DNA from: Phoronis australis
Lineage: Eukaryota > Animalia > Phoronida
NCBI GenBank assembly: GCA_002633005.1
Contig: NMRA01000102.1
Location: 850,345-914,344 of the forward strand
DNA length: 64,000 bases
Direction of reading: 5' to 3'
In this document: one piece after another, positions 52,100-63,784 of the stretch
Layout of the letters: each line of letters starts with the position of its first letter
Numbering within the stretch: the first letter of the stretch is position 1
The notes under the pieces: model-generated
What the model was told of the DNA's origin: nothing
What the model saw: only the letters and a program-made list of their open reading frames with translations
Database searches by the model: none
Position numbers and translations under genes: made by a program

Positions 52100-55000
52100 T
52101 TAAATAAATTTAGAAAACTCACCTTTCCGTTTCCTTGTAACAGGGTGAAAATCATCGTCATTATTTTCGGCCAAATGTACCCTCGGGCTTTTCTCCTGTT
52201 CCCGTCCAGTCACACTGTGCGGTAGGTTTGCACCCCATGCTGTTGTCAGGGGTCCACTGAAACTTGTAACGAACTGGGCATCCACGTTTTGTCTTGGGCT
52301 TATTCGAATGGAAGCAGCCTTCACTTTAGGCTCGTGAGTTTTAACGACTTGCGACCGTTGTCTTTCTTTTATTTCCGCTTCAGTCATCGTTTGCTTTTTG
52401 CTTACCCCGTATGCCATAGGTCCCGACCACGTGAAGCCAATGAAGAAGGTAACCTTCTTGTGCCGCCAATTCTGATTAGCGGGCACGGCGGTAGTGATTC
52501 TCAGTGGTTCGCATTGCATTCCATAGGACACTTCAACGCTGTCTAGATTCTCGGTTACTTTTCCTTCGAACATAAATAATCTTTCCTTTACACCTGCCGG
52601 ATTCCAAAAATTGACTCCCATGTAGCCGAACTCCGTGGGGTGAATGTAGCGTTCCGTTTCCGAATTTTGTCCAAGGAAGAAAACCACCCTCTCCTTTATA
52701 CCATAGCTGTTTTTACCACCTTCAACCTGTGCTTTGTATTTCATCCTATACTCATCCTTCCAGTTTTCCATTGCAGATTTTAAGTGCGAAGGTGGGTGTA
52801 GGTATTCAGTTGCTACGTCATCTGTAAGCGGCCAATTTAACATGACGTAAAAGAGGTAAGGCTCGAAAAAGATTCGTGCATTGAGCTTCTCTCTTCTCTC
52901 GTACAGTTTTTGACTCCATTCAACTAACTGGCGAAAACTGACACGATTACGCTTTTTCAAAATACAAGACCACGTTATGTGCCCTCCAAGCAAGACACAG
53001 AGGTCATTGGGATCGTTTTCCCGTTTCAAATTTTCCCACATTAGTTGCAGTACTTTACTCAGCACTTCTTCAAAGTTGGTGATGTCTTCACTTGTTTTTT
53101 CCTCGCCCTCGTTTTCAACTGTGGCTTGTACACTGTTGAGTTTGAGTTTAATCATTCTAGAAAAAGTAGAACAACCCAGTCGGAAAACCTGGCGTCTTCT
53201 AAGCTCACAATGTCCTTCTTCGCTAAGTGTTTCTGCAGCACGTTCACAACTGTCTCTACCAAAGTAGTGTTGAAGAAATTCAATAACTGAACCCATATCC
53301 CTCTGAGTCTTTCTTTGGATTGGTCTTTGTTTTTTATCAAGAAAATCTTCGTGCAACTGAGTTTCAATGTCGGCTACCTTTTCGAGAGTCTGTTTAACGT
53401 TGGAGTCCAACGATTTCAATTTTGTAATCATATCAATTCCGTCCACGTTTTGCAAGTACTCCAACGACTCTGCATTGTAGTTGAAATCGGTAAGGAAACT
53501 CTTCACGAATCCACGATCTCGAAAACCTGGAACATATGGTAGGATTTCCAAAAGCCTTTTCATGATGTCAAGCTCTCCGTAATAGCCGCTAGTATTGATC
53601 ATACCATGGTTGGCCGGTGAAATGCTGAACCGCTGTGCTTCCCTAAATGCATCAATGGCATTAAACGAGCTCCTGATAACACGTTTAGCTCCTTCTTCCG
53701 TCAAGACATTACCATTATTGATGTAACTTTGTGCCCTAGCAACACTCCGTGTGTGTACCTGACCACATGTGTATAAAAGATAGGAGTTTTCAGGTATCTG
53801 CAGAAGGGCTTCTTGAATATGTTCCAAAGCACAAGAATCGTGATCGTCGTCGTTGAAGCGAAATATGTAGAACCTTGCGATTTGCTGGGCAATGAAAGGG
53901 TCTTTAAAAATTCTGTATCCTTTGATGAGAACCTGAACCGCAGCTTCTGGAGACCCCTTTGCTATATCTTCTATCAATGGAGCAAACGCTGACAACTGCT
54001 CCATTTCTGTTTGTCGAACCACCACTCGCCTTTGTACTCGTCTTTTTAAAACGTCACGCATGATTTGGAACATTCCCTTGTGGTGATAATAGTCATTCGC
54101 ACTGGAAAAAATCTTCTCATCCAGCAAGTCATTTATGATGTTTTCAACCATCTCTTCTTCCTTAAAGACCGAAAGAATCTGCTCTGCTACAAGCCGGTTG
54201 CATATACGTAGTCCACAGTGATAGCTGTTGTGACTTGCAGTCGCTTCACTTATCAAGAATTTCCAGGAATCGCTGGTTTTTGTTTCCCAATTCGGCTGTA
54301 GTCGTTGAAGTTTTCGCTGACGGTATGGAAGCACCGTGTTGCCCGTATAGTAGTCTGTTTGATTTTGACCCATTATGTTGTCAAAAGCAGAAGTTGGGAT
54401 TGCCCGGAATTGCTCTTCGTCATAATGGTTCAACAATGCTACGTATTTAAGAACTTTCTTCTCCTTTTCGCAAGTCATATCTTTAACAAAATCTCTCACC
54501 ACCGAAGTGATGGCTTCTTGATTGAAGCCTGTTTTCATTATGTTGAGTGAAAACAGGTATTTAGGATCCATTCGTTGGTCATTGGCAAAGCTCTCATCTA
54601 ATTGGTGACTTTTGTCTCTGAACCATTGCTTCTCGCAATCCGTTAAGTCATGTCCCAATCCAAGTTCTTTGCTGGGCAAGATCGTTTGTCGGTGGCAGAC
54701 AAGCATGACGACAACAAATGAATGTGGTTTGCGGGCATCACGCGGTTCTCTTGTTTCGTCGTCTAAATCGACTGTTTCCCGTGCTATGCTCCCAGCTTCA
54801 GCCTCCAGTTCGGTTCGAAGTAGACGGACATTTTTCAACTCCTCGTTATCAACAAGGAGGAGAACNCCAGCTCCTGGTTGATGATATAAATTGATGACTC
54901 CCACTGCACCCGAATCGCGGTCGAGACATGGGGATCGATGTTTTCCTGTAAGCGTGTCTTCAACAGCCCCCAGCAGCTTTTGATGTATGTCACGTCTACA

Positions 55001-56851
55001 AACTTGCCCTTTGAAGGCAAAATTGAACCAACTGACTTCTGCTCCCCTATAAAACCGTTCTTCTTCTTCTTTCTCTAGGTCTGCAATATTTCTGACCTTA
55101 GCCCACCCTTTTAGAACACTTTCGCATTCATCCATTCCGAGAAGCTCAAGACACGACCAGTCACTTTTGTCATTGATAACGGTTTCACCTTTTGGTGACG
55201 GAAGTTTGCAAGCAGCATTGATTTGTGGCCTGGTTACAGACTTCAGTGTCTCTGAAATAATATGCCAAGGAACGCCTGTAGTGCTTCTGTCGTTTAGTTC
55301 TTCATCATACTGACTTTCCTCTCCCAATCGTTTGATTATTTCAGAATTCCAAGCGGCGAGTAGATCTGGGCTCTCGCAAATAACATTCCATTGCTCAGGG
55401 AATACTCTGTCAATTTCTGGAAATATTTCCATCATGATATTTTTTTTTTCTGATAACAAAGCAAAGACTATGGAAACTCGATTATTAGGCATCTCTCTAT
55501 TCATTATCTTAACAAGATCCCGTGCATTGTTTGTGAAGGCTCTTCTCCACATGGGGCCATTAAACTTAACTGGATCTCGGTCATTGTTCATTAGAATCCA
55601 TGTCGTGGCTTTTGCCACAAGAAGTTTATCATCATCACATTGGGTGATCGATTTAATCTCTCTGATATTAACTGCTTTCCCTGCACTCAAGAGCCAATCC
55701 ACTAGTGTCCGATCTCCTGTGAAGTCAAGCACAAATTTCCATGGAATTTGGCTGAAAAAACAATACTTGTCAGCGATTTCAATTTCTGAAGTGTTTTGAG
55801 GTAACGAATTTACAATTAACACTGGGTAAATACCATCAGAAACATCTTCATTTCCCAACGTGAATGAAGTGGTCATGCTCTTCAACTTCTCGTCATAGAA
55901 CGTTGGCGATTTAGAATCGCCCCCATTTTCAGCAAACCGACGCGTTTTCTGCCATCTCGGTCTTTCTTTCAGAAATGTCTCAATTTCTTTTTCATCGAGA
56001 AGCTGTGCATGCCCGTTCTTCCATACATAAAAACATAACTTCTCTTTCTCTTTGCTCGTAATGAACACATCATCGGTGTTCTTAGACAAAGGGGTGACGT
56101 CAATTTCAACCACATTCAATTGCTTCTTCCCCGAGCTTTCAACAGCAATAGGTATACATTCGGAAACAAGGGAAGCAACTAGACGTCTCTGGTCTTCTAC
56201 AAATTGTTGTAAGAGATTTTCACGAAAATTATTTTCAAACGTCTCGCCTACAAGGAAACCCTTGATAATTCCACCTGTATTGTGATCATTAATTCCAAAA
56301 TGGATTGTTAGATTTTGGTAGCAGTTTATGCAAGCTGCAACTGTAGCAGCAACGTCTTCCATAACTTTTCCGGTTTTCAAGTCAATTGAATCTTTACACG
56401 AAACGTTTTTATGGACTGGTAGCAACAAACTGAGATCATCTGATTTAGGTATCACTGTGCCCAAGCTGTACTTCAATGCCGCTCCTCTTGCACCGAAATG
56501 TCGAAGACATGAAAACACTTTTTCGTTCACTGAACCTGTAGGAACATTATCAACCCTTTTCTCTGGGGGACTGTGCACTTGGCCATCTACTGGTTCAAAA
56601 TACGTGTTTGGGCTCTTTTTGAGGGCTTTTTTAATGTTGTAGAAATACGTCACAGTTATTTTTGGACAAACGTGAATCACCATCTTGAACGGATCGTCGT
56701 CGTTAAAAATGTCATGAAGTGTCACTCCATCGATATCCTTTACTTCAAAGCACTCGGCTAGATCGGCAGGTAAACTGCATACGCTTGTTAGCCACGTCTT
56801 CACTTCTAAAGGTGTCATGCTTGCACACGACAATGGCCTATCTTCCGCCAT
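52100..56851 (-). CDS. SAMD9: SAMD9/SAMD9L-like protein (~1580 aa): SAM, AlbA_2 (Schlafen-like), SIR2-like, STAND NTPase, TPR, OB-fold
   Basis: Long single-exon ORF; SAM (EVKTWL..F..KDIDGVTL); AACIN..TIHFGIND; IPWKFVLDF; LELLGMDECE..EEERFYRGAEVSWFNF; INLYHQPG..VLLLVD; DPFIAQQIARFY; C-terminal VTFFIGFTWSGPMAY. Likely start AAAATGGCG at 56851 after a tttgtag acceptor. The symbol denotes family, not proven orthology. Confidence 0.92.
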   Translation of the reverse strand: MAEDRPLSCASMTPLEVKTWLTSVCSLPADLAECFEVKDIDGVTLHDIFNDDDPFKMVIHVCPKITVTYFYNIKKALKKSPNTYFEPVDGQVHSPPEKRVDNVPTGSVNEKVFSCLRHFGARGAALKYSLGTVIPKSDDLSLLLPVHKNVSCKDSIDLKTGKVMEDVAATVAACINCYQNLTIHFGINDHNTGGIIKGFLVGETFENNFRENLLQQFVEDQRRLVASLVSECIPIAVESSGKKQLNVVEIDVTPLSKNTDDVFITSKEKEKLCFYVWKNGHAQLLDEKEIETFLKERPRWQKTRRFAENGGDSKSPTFYDEKLKSMTTSFTLGNEDVSDGIYPVLIVNSLPQNTSEIEIADKYCFFSQIPWKFVLDFTGDRTLVDWLLSAGKAVNIREIKSITQCDDDKLLVAKATTWILMNNDRDPVKFNGPMWRRAFTNNARDLVKIMNREMPNNRVSIVFALLSEKKNIMMEIFPEIDRVFPEQWNVICESPDLLAAWNSEIIKRLGEESQYDEELNDRSTTGVPWHIISETLKSVTRPQINAACKLPSPKGETVINDKSDWSCLELLGMDECESVLKGWAKVRNIADLEKEEEERFYRGAEVSWFNFAFKGQVCRRDIHQKLLGAVEDTLTGKHRSPCLDRDSGAVGVINLYHQPGAXVLLLVDNEELKNVRLLRTELEAEAGSIARETVDLDDETREPRDARKPHSFVVVMLVCHRQTILPSKELGLGHDLTDCEKQWFRDKSHQLDESFANDQRMDPKYLFSLNIMKTGFNQEAITSVVRDFVKDMTCEKEKKVLKYVALLNHYDEEQFRAIPTSAFDNIMGQNQTDYYTGNTVLPYRQRKLQRLQPNWETKTSDSWKFLISEATASHNSYHCGLRICNRLVAEQILSVFKEEEMVENIINDLLDEKIFSSANDYYHHKGMFQIMRDVLKRRVQRRVVVRQTEMEQLSAFAPLIEDIAKGSPEAAVQVLIKGYRIFKDPFIAQQIARFYIFRFNDDDHDSCALEHIQEALLQIPENSYLLYTCGQVHTRSVARAQSYINNGNVLTEEGAKRVIRSSFNAIDAFREAQRFSISPANHGMINTSGYYGELDIMKRLLEILPYVPGFRDRGFVKSFLTDFNYNAESLEYLQNVDGIDMITKLKSLDSNVKQTLEKVADIETQLHEDFLDKKQRPIQRKTQRDMGSVIEFLQHYFGRDSCERAAETLSEEGHCELRRRQVFRLGCSTFSRMIKLKLNSVQATVENEGEEKTSEDITNFEEVLSKVLQLMWENLKRENDPNDLCVLLGGHITWSCILKKRNRVSFRQLVEWSQKLYERREKLNARIFFEPYLFYVMLNWPLTDDVATEYLHPPSHLKSAMENWKDEYRMKYKAQVEGGKNSYGIKERVVFFLGQNSETERYIHPTEFGYMGVNFWNPAGVKERLFMFEGKVTENLDSVEVSYGMQCEPLRITTAVPANQNWRHKKVTFFIGFTWSGPMAYGVSKKQTMTEAEIKERQRSQVVKTHEPKVKAASIRISPRQNVDAQFVTSFSGPLTTAWGANLPHSVTGREQEKSPRVHLAENNDDDFHPVTRKRKGEFSKFI

Positions 56852-57647
56852 TTTGTTCTCTACAAAGATACGGGTTAGATATGCACATAACATGTCAACA
56901 ATCTATCAGTTTATATTAAAACAGCTCTAAACAGTTTCTATCTTGAAAAAGCTCAAATGTTACTTAATTCGGAATATTTTATCTGAGTGAATTCAAAAGA
57001 AACTTTCCGATACTATTCATGCAATGCTTTAGGAACGCCTACGTTTTTGAACAAGCTCGAAACTTATGTTCCTACAAGAACAACGGTGTCGATTGCTCAT
57101 GCAGTGTGCTTGAAGGTGGCAGTTAATATAGCCATAGAACTCTTGACCTGGAAAGACAACTTCGATCTCGCGCTACTGAGGTTGCGCCGCGCGTACTTGC
57201 CATTCGTTTGTTCCGTTGCTATAGAATTTACTGCCACTAAAACTTCGCAACTCAGCCGTTTTTCAATCGAATTGCATAAGAGTCATAGCAGTAGTACGCT
57301 CTTCATCAGATCTAGGCGATGTACGAATATACTACAAGCAAATGATAAATAAGTAAAATCATAAATAATTGTCATTTTGCAAACATAACGGGTTGGAATA
57401 AATATTTTTTGATGTCAAAAACCAAGTGTGATACCAAAATGCATAAAATCAGGGTGCAATAGTAACACAAAAAGAAAATGAGCCACAGGGGTTTTATAAA
57501 CAACTAATTAAACCAGCAGGGATATAATTTCAATGGTTCAAAAGATTTCTACCCCATCATTGCAACAAGTTTAGAATATGGAACCCTCGCAGTTGCTATG
57601 AAGAGTTTAGTCGGATATTCATCCAAAATTATACAATAACTTCATCA

Positions 57648-59266
57648 TATAGTAATTGGAAGTTCTGTGCCATTTGATAAATTCTTTAGTAAAATTTCAG
57701 GAGGCAGCGACATTTACAAAGGTATGATAAACTAATTACCCCAACTACCTATCCAAAATAATTTGCTGATGAAGGCTTTCTGACAGATAACAAACGAGCA
57801 AACAAATGTACTGTTTATAGATTATAGCACAGGTTGCAGTGTAGTACTTTTCACAGTGGACCAGTGTGTAAATAACTTGTTTCTTCAGAAAATCATAACT
57901 AGTGATCCTGATACACGGGGTGAGTGTAAGTAAACAAGAGACACTGGGATACATTTTTCGATAGTTACGTTACTAAGGAACGCGGACCCGGTGCCAAATG
58001 TCAGACTAAAACTCGAACTCGGACTCGATAATTTCTACTCGAAATCTGTCTCCGTCGAGTCGAACTCGAAATTGCGTGCCCAATGTTCATTTTTGAGTCG
58101 ACTCGAAATCGAGTTTACTCGAGAAATCGTACTCGAGTTACTAAGGAACTCTCCCGTGTTGTGAATAACATACAAAATAATTTTCTGCGAGAAGTGCACC
58201 CTCTACTGCGTGATCGTCTGCTTTTGAGTGGAAAATTCACAGACAGCAGTCAAAAATGTAAGTATTTGAGTGATATTGCAAACAATAAGTTCTATATACA
58301 GCGAAAATGTTAACAACGATTCTTAATCTATGGTATGCAGTGGCGGATCTACGGGGGGGGGTTCAGGGGGTTTAAACCCCCCCCCTTGGGCCAGGACCCA
58401 AAATTAAAAAAAAAACAGAAAAGTCGTCACCAAAACAAANTTGACGTTCGTAAGCAGACGAACGCTGGAAACTTCAACGCCAGATGTCGCAGGACCGCGC
58501 AGAAGAGGAAATAAGATCATTCACGACTTTAAGGCACTCACGACTTTAGGGCCTCTGACGGTATAGTAATTGGAAGTTCTGTGCCATTTGACAAATTCTT
58601 TAGTAAAATTTCAGGAGGCAGCGACATTTAAAAAGGTATGATAAACTAATTACCCCAACTACCTATCCAAAATAATTTCCTGATGAAGGCTTTCTGACAG
58701 ATAACAAACGAGCAAACATCAATTGCGGAGCAATCAAATGTACTGTTTATAGATTATTGCATAGGTTGCAGTGTAATACTTTTCACAGTGGCCCAGTGTG
58801 TAAATATCTCGTTTCTTCAGAAAATCATAACTAGTGATCCTGATACACGGGGTGAGTGTAAGTAAACAAGCAGACACTGGAATACATTTTTCGATAGTTA
58901 CGTTACTAAGGAACGCGGACCCGGTGCCTAATGTCAGACTAAAACTCGAACTCGGACTCGATAATTTCTACTCGAAATCTGTCTCCGTCGAGTCGAACTC
59001 GAAATTGCGTGCCCAATGTTCATTTTTCAGTCGACTCGAAATCGAGTTTACTCGAGAAATCGTACTCGAGTTACTAAGGAACTCTCCTGTGTTGTGAATA
59101 ACATACAAAATAATTTCTGCGAGAACTGCACCCTCTACTGCGTGATCGTCTGCTTTTGAGTGGAAAATTCACAGACAGCAATCAAAAATGTAAGTATTTG
59201 AGTGATATTGCAAACAATAAGTTCTATATACAGCGAAACTGTTAACGATTCTTAATCTATGGTATG
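57648..59266. repeat. Near-identical direct duplication: 57648-58337 vs 58562-59266, across a single-N join
   Basis: Collinear ~700 bp with SNPs and a ~17-bp indel; n at 58440; both copies contain a CTCGAA/TTCGAG-rich MITE fragment bracketed by GTTACTAAGGAAC. Confidence 0.9.
58338..58439. mobile_element. Left end of a hAT-like MITE present only in copy 1
   Basis: atggtatg|CAGTGGCGGATCTACGGGGG versus empty site atggtatg|gtattgg at 59266. Confidence 0.65.
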
Positions 59267-62200
59267 GTATTGGTGAAAAGTTATAAACGGAAAGCAACGT
59301 AGGCTCACCTCACCTAAACAGTGTTAAAGTAAACGATAACCCTTGTGTTGCCAAATTTTGAGCAAATATACGTTTTTAAACCCAAAAGCCAACGTTATTT
59401 TGACCAGCCTTCCGTCAGCGTCCATATCTTCTGCTCAAAGCCTCGCTTTGAACTTCTTAGTTAACCAGTTTTTACTCAAAATTTCGAGTCCAACACTTTT
59501 CGAGTCTGACATTTTGAATTTGTAGCGATCTCGCTAGAGCAGGACACCGTGAAGGGTATTAGAAGAAAGAACAATTACTATGGTTTGTTGAAACCTTGTT
59601 TTGTGTAACTTTATTGAGTTTTGTTTGATATGGACGGCTGAAGTGAAGCACCTGTGGAGTTTCTGGTCAGGAGTGTCATACCTTGTAGTATTACATATGG
59701 TGTATTGGGGGATCAGAAGCTGAGGACGGCTGTGGGTCCGATAAGGATATGTGCTGAAATACTACTATTCATTGACATTGTCATTGTAAAATACACTGAC
59801 ACACTTGTCACTTCCCACAGAAGTTAGGAGCATAAAAATAAAATCAATGGTCCTAAACACACAAACACTACCCAGTCTAGTAATAGTTTTATAATGACTG
59901 ACATCGCTTTTGGTGGTGCCATTCAGCAGTGCCTTTGACTGCAATCCTACAGTCGTACGGAGTATTCAATTTCGGAGGTTGTCTGTTGCTGTGAAATTAG
60001 AATTATACACACTCTTTTGTAAAGTCAGCAAGATAAAACCTCACTTTTTTGAGTTGGCACAGTCATTAAAACTTACCCATTTTGCTGAGAGCCTCAATGG
60101 AAGAGTCAACTTTTCTGATAACATAATTATGCAAAGTTGTTATTTACAGGGAATTTAATTTCAGCAAAAAGCTTTCTGGGCTGTATCCTTTTTAAAACAA
60201 CAAACCTCAGTTGCATATAAAACCTGCAGTGGTTTTGGTGCAACAAAGGATCATTTTATACAGTTCTAACCAAAAAGTAAATATTTTTGTGTGGAATTTA
60301 TTTGGAAATTCACCTTTTCATGGAGATTTTTGCAATGCCTGGGTCACTGATCAGAGTGGTACGTTTGGTCATATGCAATCTATGCAAGTTTCCTCTCTCC
60401 TGGACCCCGACTAGTCGACTGTTTCATTTTATCTTTCCACGTTTACATGTCAAATTTTGTAGTTTGCAACAATCATCTATTAATTTCAGTCTAATTGCAA
60501 AACAACGTCTCAGAACCATTCTAAAACATTATGAAACTACTAAGGTTCGCTGTAATCAAAGCATCGTGGAGTTAGACATTGTAAGCAACCAAACTTTAAA
60601 AACTTGGTTCGTTGAATAATTGCTACTAGTTGGAAAAACATCTCACATTTTAAAATTGGGAGGTCAGGGTACTTCAAAGAGTTTAAGCTGGGTCACTTAA
60701 CCCAAATTGACTGTTTCTTGTGCGTTACTTGAGTTGGCTTGTTATCCAGGCAATTGCCACTCACTGGCAATCCAAATTTTGAGAACAATTTTTAACGCCT
60801 GCTATTCAGTGAAAAATGGGTTCCTGTTATGCATTAGAAAACACTGGTTCTCAAAGTGGGTGTCAATGTTAGGAGCAACATGCTAGTGTTTCATTCTTGT
60901 GATTATGATCTACATAATACAGCAGTGATTTTAGTCAATATTTTTTCAAAATTACAAATTTGACTTTTACTGAGGGGGCCTCCTCGTGGCAAGAGTTGGG
61001 CAGTGTGAAATGCTTAAGTACATTCGCACTTGCAAACACCCTCACGTTGACATCATTAATGTGTTCCTAGAAATAGTATACTCATAAGCTACAAAACACA
61101 CAACATGTAAAGAAATTTATCTAACCATTGGGAACTTTATTTTGCAGATGTATTGATTAGAAATATGGTTTAGTTTGGGGATAGTCTGAAGTACTAAGTC
61201 TGGGCATTAACATAACCGTGGGCGCACAACAGGACTATCCCCTCTTCATTCCAAACCTTCCCCTGACAGAAACTCATTTCTGTTTTGTGCTGGCTTAGCT
61301 TTCCTGTTCCTGTCCCTGTCCCCTGTTCATGCAGTGCCTCCAGGTTGCCTCGCATTACAGTCATTGATTGCCAACAATTTCATGTTTAGCATCCTCTTGA
61401 ATAATTCTGACAACACCAGTGGTGCTAGGGGAAGACCCGACTGCCACTCAAGTTGCACATTCACTGCCTTGTGAAAGCATAGACCATGGGTTTCCACTTT
61501 TTACTCAAGGTTTTTTTTTGGTTATTTACTATTTTACTTTTGTTTGAACTCGAGATAAGTTTCCTTTATTCTAAAATTGAGTGCTTATTGATGGCAATTA
61601 ATAATCCCTGCATTAGACCTAAAAGAAATCTTGAGTTTTTACTCAAATTTTAGTTCGAATCTTGTGGTCATTAAGCACTATCTTGATCTCGCAAGAAAGT
61701 GGACTAGAAGTGACAAAAACAATTTCGAGTTCGATTTGGATTGAAAGTTTCACTCTAGAGGTGTATTCCCAAAACATGATCACATACGTAATCCCTTTTC
61801 AGGGTTTTAAATCAATCCATACAATACTGGACTAGAATCTGTTTAGCCTAAAAAGCATTTAAATACAATGTGGAGCATAGTAAAACATCTCCACTATATT
61901 GTTTTGAAAAAATGAACCCTTTTTAAGTTCCTTATCCACAAATTGTACCATTTTTCAAGCTGCTATTATCCAAACCTCTTTTTAGAACCGTCATGAAACA
62001 ATATAAGATTGGTCTGGTACGAACAATGTTGTTTTTTTGCCAAATTAGTAGCAAAAATCTAATCGCAAGCACTCACAAGAAGATTGGCATTGGATTTGGA
62101 TACTAGTGTCTGGTGTCAATCTTCATGTGTGTACTCGTGATTAGATTCTTGATCTCGTACTGTTCCTTACTGAGATTACATGTGGTATATTGGCTTTAGT

Positions 62201-63385
62201 TGAACTGATAGTTTGTTATTGTTTAAGACCTTGCGCAATAACTATGGCTTTGAGCAATAACAAAGTTTGAATTCTTCCAAGTCCACTAAGGAACAAGTTA
62301 AGACAGCGATATATACAGGGCTTGTAATTTTCCTTTTTTGTTTTATTTCCACTTATTCGATGAACAGCTTCGTTTTTATCATCATTTTTGGCTTGATTCA
62401 TACAAAAACATTTGTTTCAGTTTAATTTTACAACACAAAAATATTTCTATCACACAAGTCTATTTGTGAAATGATAGACCATCTGGAAAATTTTCATCTT
62501 TTAGTCGTTCCAATTCCTATATATAGTGGTAAGTCGTTCAGATCAAAATTTAGTCTTTTTCACAAACAACGCATTCATAGCACCTTTAAGGAGTTTAATT
62601 CGAAGGAAATCTGAGAGCCAGAAGACACCATCTAATAAGCAAATTCTGAAATCAACAGATGTGCTTATACTTTCCAAGATGTTCAACCCACATTGTTATG
62701 TATAGGGATAAGGTTCATTCAACCATCCTTGGGCTTTCAGAGTACCCTCCCAACACCATTCCAATGGGGTACCCGGGAACTCCCACACGTTTATATAGGA
62801 CATGACACTCAGCTGGGTGATTTTTCTAAATAATTTCTCTTCAAAATTGTGCTTGAAAAAATCCCTAGCAAAGCAAACTTTTTCCCGTGAATACGACGGG
62901 TTTCACTCTGGAAGTTAAAAACACTGCAAATGGTACCTTTTCCTGCAGCAGAAGGGGTTTTAATACGATAGCTGTATTTTTAAAATTTTGGACACCAGAC
63001 TCATTTTTGAGAAAAGGAATCTCTGAGCCGACTTTTTCAAGCTTTAAGGTGAAAAAGACAGCTGTCCAAGAATTACTACGAAAGGATTAAGTTGTTTGCA
63101 TTAGCTCTCATAAAAAGATTGTGCATTTGAAACATTAGGCTACAATTTTATTGAAGCCCAAACCTCGGACCACAAACCTAATGTTTTAAGCCATTATCCG
63201 AACGGGTGGAGATTCTTCTTGTACCGTGTCACGTTATGCATAAAACTAAAGCTTAGGGCCCATTTTGGACACCTCTCGGGTATTTTCGTAGCTACAAATT
63301 TACCCTTGGAGCGTCTAGAGCACGTCGGCTATTTTCCTATTTACATTTTTTTCCGTGACGTCAGCTTGTGAGGCCCGGGAACCAG

Positions 63386-63784
63386 GGCCCGGTCTCCAAT
63401 CTTTTTACTCGAAATGGAACTCGAAATTAGGTTTGGCATTTTCTACTCTACTTTTGGGCGAACTCAAGATAAGTGTCTATTATTCTATGCTCGAGTACCC
63501 AATAACTTACGTAGATAATTTATTGCCCTTAGTTCACAGTTTGTAAACCCAATATTAAAGCAATAAGTTCGAGTTTGAACTCGAAATTTCGAGTTTTTAC
63601 TCGAGTTAGTAGCACGAATATTAGGGTCTTCAAGGGCAAACTTGAACTAGAAACTCCTATGCATAAACTATAATGTATTCGAGCAGTCTGATAATCAATT
63701 ATCTTAAGTTCGCACAAAAGGAGCAGAGAAATTGCCAAAAATAGTTTCGAGTTCGTTTCGAGTACAAAGATTAGAGACCGGGCT
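63386..63784. mobile_element. Harbinger-like MITE (~400 bp)
   Basis: ~40-bp TIR GGCCCGGTCTCCAATCTTTTTACTCGAAA / TTTCGAGTACAAAGATTAGAGACCGGGCT; CAG 3-bp TSD. Confidence 0.75.

Noticed and set aside
57969-58149. CTCGAA-rich iterations resembling a CRISPR or iteron array
   Set aside because: No constant repeat-spacer period; matches the interior of the MITE family at 63386; eukaryotic context.
59600-61450. CpG-poor stretch resembling an old transposase pseudogene
   Set aside because: No motif or termini could be identified by eye.
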